Shown here one piece after another: positions 50,796 to 59,114 of a stretch of 64,000 nt of DNA. The DNA is taken from the IMG/VR virus record IMGVR_UViG_2889931527_000001; one strand, given 5' to 3'. This DNA comes from a virus. Taxonomy: Duplodnaviria > Caudoviricetes. Numbering within the stretch: the stretch's first letter is position 1; the number at the start of each line of letters is the position of its first letter. Below the pieces are notes generated by a model, which saw nothing but the letters and a program-made list of their open reading frames with translations, ran no database searches and was not told the origin of the DNA. The position numbers were made by a program, and so were the translations under genes.

Positions 50796-50944
50796 TTCAC
50801 ACAAAGAATACACCCTTGACTTCGGCTGAAAAATCGCATATACTATGACCACACAAACGGCGCACTTCCGCGCCACTCATACAGTCAATCTGTATTAGTG
50901 GTCGGGGTGCGCCGTTTTTCGTTTTCTCAGAAAGGAGCAATAAC

Positions 50945-51697
50945 ATGAATGAATTGCAAATTTTCCAGAATGCAGAGTTTGGAACGATTCGAACAATCGA
51001 GGAAAACGGCAAAGTGCTTTTCTGTGGGTCGGATGTGGCTAAGGCATTGGGATATAAGAATCCCAGTAAAGCACTTTCAGACCATTGTAAGGGTATAACG
51101 AAACGTTATACCCCCACTAAGAGCGGGACGCAAGAAATGAATTTCATTCCAGAAGGCGATATTTACCGCTTGGCGGCAAAGTCTGAGTTACCTGGCGCAG
51201 ATAAGTTTGAAAGCTGGATTTTTGATGAAGTTCTCCCATCCATTCGCAAGCATGGAGCATACATGACACCGGAAACACTCGAAGCCGCAATCATGAATCC
51301 AGACACCCTTATCAAGATTGCAACCGCGCTCAAGGATGAACAAGAGAAGCGCAAGGCATTGGAAATCGCCAATTCCGCACTAACTGTGGACAACCAGATT
51401 ATGAAACCCAAAGCGGACTATTTCGATGAAATCGTAGATAGGAACCTGCTTACAAATTTCCGCGAAACGGCAAAGCAACTTAATGTGCCGCCGAGAAAGT
51501 TTGTAAGCTTCCTGATCGAAAAGAAATATGCCTATCGAGATAAGAAAGGTAAGCTCCAACCCTACCAGCAGTATGTAGAAAGCGGACTATTCAGCCTGAA
51601 AGAGTGTTTGAATGAAAAGACCGGATGGGGAGGAACACAAACACTCATTACGCCGAAGGGACGTGAAACGTTTCGGCTGCTGTTTATTGCTGCGTAA
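50945..51697 (+). CDS. Antirepressor (BRO-N + KilAC)
   Basis: Paralog of 38891-39646 with a different central BRO segment. Confidence 0.92.
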   Translation: MNELQIFQNAEFGTIRTIEENGKVLFCGSDVAKALGYKNPSKALSDHCKGITKRYTPTKSGTQEMNFIPEGDIYRLAAKSELPGADKFESWIFDEVLPSIRKHGAYMTPETLEAAIMNPDTLIKIATALKDEQEKRKALEIANSALTVDNQIMKPKADYFDEIVDRNLLTNFRETAKQLNVPPRKFVSFLIEKKYAYRDKKGKLQPYQQYVESGLFSLKECLNEKTGWGGTQTLITPKGRETFRLLFIAA

Positions 51698-51764
51698 CCT
51701 ATCATAGAATTTTAGCATTGAATATAGCTACTCAATATGCATTTTCTATGAAAGGAGCACAGAA

Positions 51765-52072
51765 ATGAATCAAACGTCTACGTTGCAAATTTTGAAGTCC
51801 GAAACATTTGGAACAGTAAAATGTGATTTCTATGGCGACGGAAATCAAGTATACATGACCCGAGAGCAAATCGGAACTGCTTTAGGATATTCCAACCCCA
51901 AACGCGCCATTTCAGATATTCACAAGAGACACAAGGAAAGACTGGACAAGTTCTCAAGGGTAACGCAGATTGCGTACCCCTCCGGTGGAAAACAAGATGT
52001 GTATATCTACAACAGAAAAGGCGTTATGGAAATCTGCCGATGGAGTCAACAGGAAAAAGCTGATGCTTTTAT
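51765..52072 (+). pseudogene. BRO-N gene interrupted by the tnpB element
   Basis: Same sequence as 39714-40021. Confidence 0.75.
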
Positions 52073-53394
52073 CGAAGGCGGCGTAATACCCCTTGCTTCA
52101 GCTATGGGGATATAAGCCGTATATTAAGAATTGCGATCATAAGGAGGTGAATCACTATGGAATATTCGTATCGGTTTCGAATCTATCCGACAAAGGAGCA
52201 AGAAGCACAGATTGCTAAGACGCTTGGTTGCTGCAGATATGTTTACAATCACTATCTTGCCATGAGAACACAAATCCACAAGGACAAAAAAGAATCTATG
52301 AACTACAATGCTTGTTCTAAAGATATGACAGAACTCAAAAAATCTTTGGATTGGCTGAAAGAAGTGGATTCTACGGCTTTACAATCTGCATTGAAGTTTT
52401 TGGATACGGCGTATCAGAACTTCTTTCGCCGCTTGAAGACGGGCGAAAAACCTGGATATCCCAGATTCAAAAGAAAACACGACCCCAGACAAAGTTATAC
52501 CAGCAAATGTGTGGGCAAGAGCATTCAGGTTCTTGAACATGCGGTGAAGCTGCCAAAGTTAGGTAAAGTCAAATGCTGCATTTCCAAGCAGGTGCAGGGA
52601 CGGATTTTGTCTGCCACTGTAAGTCGAAACCCAAGTGGTAAGTATTTTGTTTCTTTATGCTGTACGGATGTATCCATAGATGCTTTGCCTTCAAAAGGTA
52701 AGTCTGTCGGAATTGATCTCGGCATAAAAGCTTTTGCCGTTTCTTCTGATGGTTTCACATATCAGAACCATAAGCATCTTACCAGCAACCAGAAGAAGCT
52801 TGCCAAGCTCCAACGTCAGTTGTCCAGAAAAACAAAGGGCAGTAAACGCAGGGATAAGGCAAAACAAAAGGTTGCACAGCTGCACGAACGGATTGCAGAC
52901 CAAAGAAAGGACATGCTACACAAGCTATCCACAAAGCTAATTCGTGAAAATGATATCATTTGCATGGAAGATTTGGCTGTCAAGAATATGGTCAAGAATC
53001 ATAAACTAGCAAAATCTATTGCAGATGCTTCGTGGGGCGAGTTTCGCAGACAGCTAACCTATAAGGCAGAATGGTATGGTCGGAAGCTGGTCGTCATAGA
53101 CCGATTCTATCCTTCCAGTCAGATGTGTTCTGCTTGTGGTACATTGTGGTCTGGCACAAAGGATTTGGCTGTTCGAAAATGGACGTGTCCAGATTGCGGC
53201 ACGGTACATGATAGGGATGTCAATGCAGCGAAGAATATCCTTGCAGAAGGACTTCGCATGTTGGCATAAATTTTGCATGGTAGGGCGGGACACGCCCAAA
53301 CCCATACGCTCAGGGAGACTATGTAAGACCTCGCAGGTGCAGGCAACGGTCGCTGAACTGAGAATCCCCTGCCTTTAGGCATGGGGAGTGTCAA
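52073..53394 (+). mobile_element. IS200/IS605-family (IS1341-type, tnpB only) element
   Basis: TTTAT target motif, left- and right-end subterminal hairpins, TCAA end, no tnpA. Confidence 0.92.
52157..53269 (+). CDS. tnpB: RNA-guided endonuclease TnpB
   Basis: HTH_OrfB N-terminus; RuvC D (GIDLG), E (MEDL), D (HDRD) intact; CxxC..CPDC Zn finger. Confidence 0.97.
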   Translation: MEYSYRFRIYPTKEQEAQIAKTLGCCRYVYNHYLAMRTQIHKDKKESMNYNACSKDMTELKKSLDWLKEVDSTALQSALKFLDTAYQNFFRRLKTGEKPGYPRFKRKHDPRQSYTSKCVGKSIQVLEHAVKLPKLGKVKCCISKQVQGRILSATVSRNPSGKYFVSLCCTDVSIDALPSKGKSVGIDLGIKAFAVSSDGFTYQNHKHLTSNQKKLAKLQRQLSRKTKGSKRRDKAKQKVAQLHERIADQRKDMLHKLSTKLIRENDIICMEDLAVKNMVKNHKLAKSIADASWGEFRRQLTYKAEWYGRKLVVIDRFYPSSQMCSACGTLWSGTKDLAVRKWTCPDCGTVHDRDVNAAKNILAEGLRMLA

Positions 53395-53410
53395 TGTCCA
53401 GATTGCAGAT
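53275..53410 (+). ncRNA. TnpB omegaRNA (reRNA) scaffold plus flank-derived guide
   Basis: Conserved structured right end shared by all three elements; 5' boundary uncertain. Confidence 0.75.
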
Positions 53411-53652
53411 AGATGGGGCGGTGCTGCACATATACAGGACATACATAATGAACTCTACCGACTGCTTGAGCAAACAGCGCATGTGGACTTAAAGCGCAGA
53501 GTGGAAAATCGTAGGCGGCGTATGGCGGAAGAGGGTATATGCAAATCAAGACGGGGAAAGCTGAACCGCCTAGATATTATCGCAGACGACCCGAAACTGA
53601 TGCCGATTTATTTGGATTTGGTGAAGCGGATGGCAATTAAGAACAATGTAGA
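53395..53652 (+). pseudogene. C-terminal fragment of an antirepressor-like gene
   Basis: RRRRMAEEGICKSRRGKLNRLDIIADDPKL pattern; no start codon. Confidence 0.6.
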
Positions 53653-54340
53653 TAGCCTGGGTGTACAGTGCCATGATCTTGGAATACATGCCAGCCATGA
53701 TTGCGTTGTAGTACCAGCCGATATCCGTATCGTTTGCGACCATCTGATACCACTTGATGGTTGCATTCGCTGTATACCAATGCGGATTGAGTGTTACCGT
53801 GCCATCGTACAGATAGTTGGTGGATGCCGAACGGTTTGCGCCCGGTGCAGAATCCTCAAACAAGAAAATGTCGTTGCTGTGAATTGTGATTTCCTTGGTC
53901 TGTCCCATGGGAACAGTAGTCATTTCCAGCAACATACCGCCCGCATTCGCAATGGTGTACGGCAGAAGCGGGGTGATGACCTCACGAACAACGCCCGCCA
54001 TAGTAGCGAGAAATGTTCCGTTGCGTTGCAAAGAAACATCATTAACGACCTCTTGGTAGGAGGACGGCGGTTGCTTGCCTTGCTGTGCATATGCGCACGC
54101 TGCGCAGAACATCATGAGCTTTTCTTTATGGCCCTTTGCCATAGTCGCGTATGTAAGCTGATCTTTCAGTACCGGCTGATATTCATTGTTCTTGCGCACC
54201 TGATTGCTCATGCGTCCTGCATATTCCATTGCCACCAGGCGACCGCCTGCAATCAGGTCATCGCGGGAAATACCCGCCGTTTGATTTCCCTTGTGAGAAA
54301 CAAAAATTTCATTGGAAATGCTGTTAAGTTTCAAAGACAT
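53570..54340 (-). pseudogene. Major capsid protein, 3'-truncated near 53650
   Basis: Follows the protease and decoration genes; the frame runs into the antisense strand of the antirepressor fragment. Confidence 0.6.
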
Positions 54341-54359
54341 TCTTTATTCAACCCCTTTC

Positions 54360-54977
54360 TTATGCACCAACTTGCGGAGCGTACTGTGCAATCATGCGAT
54401 AGCACTGACCGCCGTTCCAGGTTGCAACCGTATAGTTTTCAGCACCAGAAGCATTGAGGATTTCGAAGTAGAATCCAGTACCCGCAGCCGGTTTCGAGTT
54501 GGATGCAACCAGCAGACCGTTTGCAATCGTTACATACTTGTATGCTGGAAGCGAAGTCGGCGTAGTAGAGAAGTTGCCGGTTCCAAATCGATAAATCTCG
54601 CCCGCAATAATCTTGGTAAATGTACCAATCTCGCCTGCCGGGAGTTCAAGACCTGCGGTTTCTGCACCAAGTCTCCATGTATTTCCATTGGAACCGGTAA
54701 CGGTATTGATGTCATAGCTGTTGAATGCATAAATTTCCGGCGCGGTGCCATTGCTCGCCGGTGCGCCGCTGGTGGCTGCGTTCATCACCCATTGGTTGCC
54801 GTTGTTGATGTTTGTATATCCGCTGCACGGGATGAGTTCAGTCTTTACGCAAAGAAAACCAGCCGCGCAAATGTCCGGTTCGCTGGACGTTTCAAACGTA
54901 CCGGCAATATTCTGCATTGCGTTATTGATAAGATTCGAGTTTTTAACCTCGAAGAAGGTATTTGCAATAGAAGCCAT
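54360..54977 (-). CDS. Head decoration/structural protein
   Basis: Position between scaffold and capsid genes. Confidence 0.6.
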   Translation of the reverse strand: MASIANTFFEVKNSNLINNAMQNIAGTFETSSEPDICAAGFLCVKTELIPCSGYTNINNGNQWVMNAATSGAPASNGTAPEIYAFNSYDINTVTGSNGNTWRLGAETAGLELPAGEIGTFTKIIAGEIYRFGTGNFSTTPTSLPAYKYVTIANGLLVASNSKPAAGTGFYFEILNASGAENYTVATWNGGQCYRMIAQYAPQVGA

Positions 54978-54999
54978 GTACTTTTACATCTCCTTTCAT

Positions 55000-56370
55000 T
55001 TAATTGCAGGTGCGTTGCACCAAAGAATCGATGGAATCTACAATGCCTTGGGCACTGTTTGTCTTAATGAAATCCGGGTCAAATGAGTAGTTGATGACCG
55101 GCTTTTGGTTCTGCGCTTGGTTTACTGCCATTGTGCCGATCTTTGCCATTACAGCTTCCACGGCTTTTTCAGCGCCAATCCAATCTCCGTCCGCATTGCA
55201 AATGGATGTATACTTGCCAGATTTGATATCTTCCATGACTTCGTTGGCAATCGTTTCATCCATTCCCATGCAGACTGCCTTCTCTGCGGCATCCTTGACA
55301 GCATCCTCGCATGCTTTCATGCGGCGCGCGGTTTCCTGCTTCTTCATTTCTTCAACTTGGGTTTCCAGTTCCTTTACGCGGCCTTCTGCGGCTTCACAGC
55401 GTGCCTTCATCGTTTCGCATTGTTCGTTTGTTTCCGTTACGGCTTCGGAAAGCATCGAGAAAATGTCCACGGAAAGCGCTACATCGTCATCAAACTGGTG
55501 CTGTGCAGACAGGGTAATGGGAGTAATCCGGTCGGGGATAACCACACCATGTTCCTCTGCGTTTCCCTTATATGCGCAAGGCGAACCGTCTGCCGAAAGC
55601 AACAGGACATGCGTTCCATCATCGTTCATGTTAAGAACACGATAGTCCGGGAAACGCGCCTGTACCGCTTTCAACAGCTTTTTGTTGCTCATTGCATTCA
55701 CAGTGTTCTTCACTCCTTTTTCGTTATTGGTTTGCGGCTTTGTTTGGAGCGCGGCGGCTCTTAGTTGCAGTTCATGGAACTTTCCTTGGATTTCCTTCAT
55801 GGCGCGAATATGTGCGCCGGGAACTGCGGGAGCGACGCCATCGCCCAAGATGGTTACGCCAAGGCCAACCCATTCCTCATAAATCTCACGATCTGCGGCA
55901 CGGACAGCCTTTGTGACGTTGGTTTCGGCAGACACATCCATGCGCCCCTGTCGCGCAATCTTGTCTACCAATTCAGGATTATAGAAACGCCAAAGTTTTC
56001 CTTTAGCGATAATCCACGTTTCCCCATCGCGTTCCTCCAAACGGATTGCGTCGGGTCTATCGTAAATTTCACCTACAATGCGTTCAGCCGTAGGTGCTAA
56101 AAAGGAATAAGATGCTTCTCCGGTTAACGGATCAATCTTTTCCTTCATGTTGTGGCCGTCCCCGATTTGTTCACCTACATAGGCGCATAAAATCGGAGTC
56201 CCACGAAATGTTTTTGCAAATTTATCCAGATTGCGATAATCCCAGTTGTTGTCATTCAATCCAGACCGCATTACATCCATTTCAATCTCGTAGTTGAGAT
56301 TTTTGTCTTGGCTCAATACACGGATTTGTCCAACCGAATCTGGCGTTTTTTTGGTTTTTATGCCCATCAA
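55000..56370 (-). CDS. Prohead protease-scaffold fusion
   Basis: GHN, SAET, LGVTILGDGVAPA; coiled-coil C-terminus. Confidence 0.75.
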   Translation of the reverse strand: MMGIKTKKTPDSVGQIRVLSQDKNLNYEIEMDVMRSGLNDNNWDYRNLDKFAKTFRGTPILCAYVGEQIGDGHNMKEKIDPLTGEASYSFLAPTAERIVGEIYDRPDAIRLEERDGETWIIAKGKLWRFYNPELVDKIARQGRMDVSAETNVTKAVRAADREIYEEWVGLGVTILGDGVAPAVPGAHIRAMKEIQGKFHELQLRAAALQTKPQTNNEKGVKNTVNAMSNKKLLKAVQARFPDYRVLNMNDDGTHVLLLSADGSPCAYKGNAEEHGVVIPDRITPITLSAQHQFDDDVALSVDIFSMLSEAVTETNEQCETMKARCEAAEGRVKELETQVEEMKKQETARRMKACEDAVKDAAEKAVCMGMDETIANEVMEDIKSGKYTSICNADGDWIGAEKAVEAVMAKIGTMAVNQAQNQKPVINYSFDPDFIKTNSAQGIVDSIDSLVQRTCN

Positions 56371-56948
56371 TCGTCATCCTCCCCAGAATCCGGCAAGTCG
56401 TATCGAGATTTCACCCACTTATCAAAGCTGGATGCGCTCGGCTGATTCCCCCACATGGCCCATGATTCAAGCAGTTTGGTGCGATCTGTGCTGTTGTCGA
56501 TTTGCAGTTGTTCTGCCTGCCGTGCCAGCGCTGGGAATTTCCCTTGCATTTCGCTGGGCGCTGTACCATTCGCCCCTCGACGTTTATCTGCAACGTCGAT
56601 AAACATTTGCAGCCTGCGGTCAATAGAATCCGTAAGTTCTACACAAACACGGAAAACTTCATCCAACGACTCAAGCGGTTCGGCTAGTTCTGCGGTCCCT
56701 GGATACTCGATTTCCAATCCTTCCTGCCGCATTGCATCCGAAAACTGGTCAATGCGCGGCGGCTGTTTGTGTTCCAGCGAGTGGATTGCATCAGCCAGAT
56801 ATGGCATTGCATAACGTCCCCAAACCACTTCTTTGATTGCTGCGAAATAACGCTCTGCGTCCAAGAATGCTTTCATGACTTCACGCATCGGGTCGCGCAA
56901 AGCGTAAAACTTTGGGTTTTCATAGTTGAAATAGTCTCGTTTTGTCAT
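56367..56948 (-). CDS. Helical-bundle (ferritin-like?) head-module protein
   Basis: All-alpha pattern with HxxEH. Confidence 0.45.
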   Translation of the reverse strand: MTKRDYFNYENPKFYALRDPMREVMKAFLDAERYFAAIKEVVWGRYAMPYLADAIHSLEHKQPPRIDQFSDAMRQEGLEIEYPGTAELAEPLESLDEVFRVCVELTDSIDRRLQMFIDVADKRRGANGTAPSEMQGKFPALARQAEQLQIDNSTDRTKLLESWAMWGNQPSASSFDKWVKSRYDLPDSGEDDD

Positions 56949-56970
56949 TTTCACCATCCTTTTGTGCATG

Positions 56971-57050
56971 AAAAAAGGGGCTGCAAACCACATTTCTGTG
57001 ATTTACAGCCCCGATTGGCTCTACTCTCAATCCAATGTAAGAGAGGGTTC
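56971..57050 (-). promoter_or_regulatory. Late-module terminator/antiterminator element, copy 2
   Basis: AGCCAATCGGGGCTGTAAATCACAGAAATGTGGTTTGCAGCCCCTTTTTT. Confidence 0.65.
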
Positions 57051-57073
57051 AATATTGAATTGTTGCTTTCGCA

Positions 57074-58801
57074 TTATTCTGCGTCTTTGAAATCTTCGGT
57101 TCCTTCGCTCGTCATATCAGATACATCAACTTGGGCGCGACCACCCTTATCATCCGTAGGCGATGGAGGAAGTTTCGGATTGCCATTTTTTGCTGTATAA
57201 CTAGAAATCAGCGGCATTCGTTTATCCAAAATTCCACTTGCCTTTACTGCGGCGCTCATGCTCATATCATCCAATAGCGATCTATCCATCAACGCATTGT
57301 ATACATACAAATCTGGAAGCAATCCTAGTGTCATAGATTTCTGCATTTCCGCCCGCATTTTTTCATCGTTATAGATGTCACCAAACATGTGGAATCGCCA
57401 TTCATATTTCAAGTTCAGTCGAGAATATAGATAGTTCATCATTTTTTCAAACTGCTGATAGATTCTCAGGCAGTAACGCGCTTCGATCTGAATTGAAATG
57501 TTTACCGTGCCCGCACGCGGATTATCGCTAATCGGAATAAGACCGGCCAGTCCAGATTTTTCCACTGTGTATGCATATCCGTTGGTTGAAATCTCAGTGG
57601 CGCTTGGTGCTTCGGTTAGCTGATGCAGTTTCAAATTCGCCGCCGGTGCCAAGTACAGTCCAATTCCGGACGTATTGTTCTGCGCAAGCATTTGATACCA
57701 AAGATACTCAAACAGTTCTCGTCCGCCGTTTGACAGTTTATACAAGTCCTTTTGCTGACTTGTATTATCATTGGAGTATGGAATTTCACCGGTCATAACC
57801 GATACAAGGGGGTTCTGTACTAATTCAAGCTGCACTTGCTCATACTGAGCAATAGCCTGCATAGACAAATACAATCCAGTCATTGGAGAACATGCGAACG
57901 GGTTTGTATCATCGATCTCGAATACAAACACACGGTCAACCGGCAACGTCACCCAGTATGCCCAGCGTCCATTTTGCATGTATGGATCAGGGTTTCCGGC
58001 AAGGCCACCTTGTGCATTCTTTTTGAGTTTGTTGAATCTTTCCAAATTGATCCTATATGAGCCATGAGACGCATAAACCACTTTGGACGGAACTTTTTCT
58101 ACAACATTCTTAAAATCTCCGATATACGGTTCTAACAAATCTCCATATTGCCGCCAGTCTGTGCCCGGTTGCAGGAAATAGAACATATTGAAAGATACTG
58201 TATACCCTGAAATATTGTTAAACCCTATGATTTTTACCCAGTTTGAAGGCAGTTGTTGCGGGAAAACATAATTCACCTTATTATGTGCCTTGTCTACACT
58301 GTATCGTATCGCATAGAAGGCTTTCCCTTCCTGCAATGCCTGTCCTGCCATCTTGTGCGCTGTCGCTTTCGGGTCCATCTCTTGATTGAATTTATCCAAA
58401 AGCTGCATTTCCCGTTGAAACATTGGGTCTTTCGCATCGGTTTCAGTGATATAATGGGGAGAAGTATAATATCGATATGTCATAATATCTGTATATACTT
58501 TCCGAATCTTGAGCATAGGATATGCAGTCGCTTCCAACGCATGGTGCGTCTGCCGAAGCATCAATTCATGTTCTCCGGGTGATCTGATTGCGTCTGCTAC
58601 ATCATCTTTGCTGTACTCTGCGGGAAGTGACGAAATCTGCTTGACACGACGATTTTGTATCCAAGGATTGTTTGAAGCTCGGTCATATGCTTGCATAATC
58701 CATCCCATAGGAAGCTGGGAATATTGATTTGTTATCTCATTAAATCGTGCAAGCACTTTTTCATATACCGTCTGTGGTGCATCACTTTGATTCGGCAACA
58801 T
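57074..58801 (-). CDS. Portal protein
   Basis: Size, position after terminase, QQLP motif, GGR tail. Confidence 0.75.
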   Translation of the reverse strand: MLPNQSDAPQTVYEKVLARFNEITNQYSQLPMGWIMQAYDRASNNPWIQNRRVKQISSLPAEYSKDDVADAIRSPGEHELMLRQTHHALEATAYPMLKIRKVYTDIMTYRYYTSPHYITETDAKDPMFQREMQLLDKFNQEMDPKATAHKMAGQALQEGKAFYAIRYSVDKAHNKVNYVFPQQLPSNWVKIIGFNNISGYTVSFNMFYFLQPGTDWRQYGDLLEPYIGDFKNVVEKVPSKVVYASHGSYRINLERFNKLKKNAQGGLAGNPDPYMQNGRWAYWVTLPVDRVFVFEIDDTNPFACSPMTGLYLSMQAIAQYEQVQLELVQNPLVSVMTGEIPYSNDNTSQQKDLYKLSNGGRELFEYLWYQMLAQNNTSGIGLYLAPAANLKLHQLTEAPSATEISTNGYAYTVEKSGLAGLIPISDNPRAGTVNISIQIEARYCLRIYQQFEKMMNYLYSRLNLKYEWRFHMFGDIYNDEKMRAEMQKSMTLGLLPDLYVYNALMDRSLLDDMSMSAAVKASGILDKRMPLISSYTAKNGNPKLPPSPTDDKGGRAQVDVSDMTSEGTEDFKDAE

Positions 58802-59114
58802 GTGTCACCCCCTTTGATTTTTGTATTTGACTTAACTCCGATTCAAAGCAATCCAAAAATCGCATCATCGAATCCGCTATATTTGGATTGCTTTTTATGG
58901 CATTCTGGATGATTGCATCATTACATTGCTGCACCCACGATTGATCTCGCGCGTTCAACATTTCTCCTGATATTCTTTTCCCTCCACGCACACGTTTGTT
59001 TGGTGTATAGATTAGGATATAATCAGGGGATATTAAGCTGTATATTTGCTTTTTTGCATACATAATATTGTTCTGCGTTGTCGGCAGAAGAAAAATCTTA
59101 TACTGTGTAGGCAT
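58782..59114 (-). CDS. Hypothetical protein
   Basis: Coupled ORF. Confidence 0.6.
   Translation of the reverse strand: MPTQYKIFLLPTTQNNIMYAKKQIYSLISPDYILIYTPNKRVRGGKRISGEMLNARDQSWVQQCNDAIIQNAIKSNPNIADSMMRFLDCFESELSQIQKSKGVTHVAESK

Noticed and set aside
51144-51153. Mini-element 1 guide 10-nt matches (here and near 47913)
   Set aside because: Too short to be significant in 64 kb, and no TAM
52157-53269. Nuclease-dead TnpB regulator or Cas12f
   Set aside because: RuvC D-E-D intact, both IS ends present and no CRISPR array
53381-54457. 358-aa + strand ORF
   Set aside because: Chimera of the IS right end, an antirepressor fragment and the antisense strand of the capsid gene
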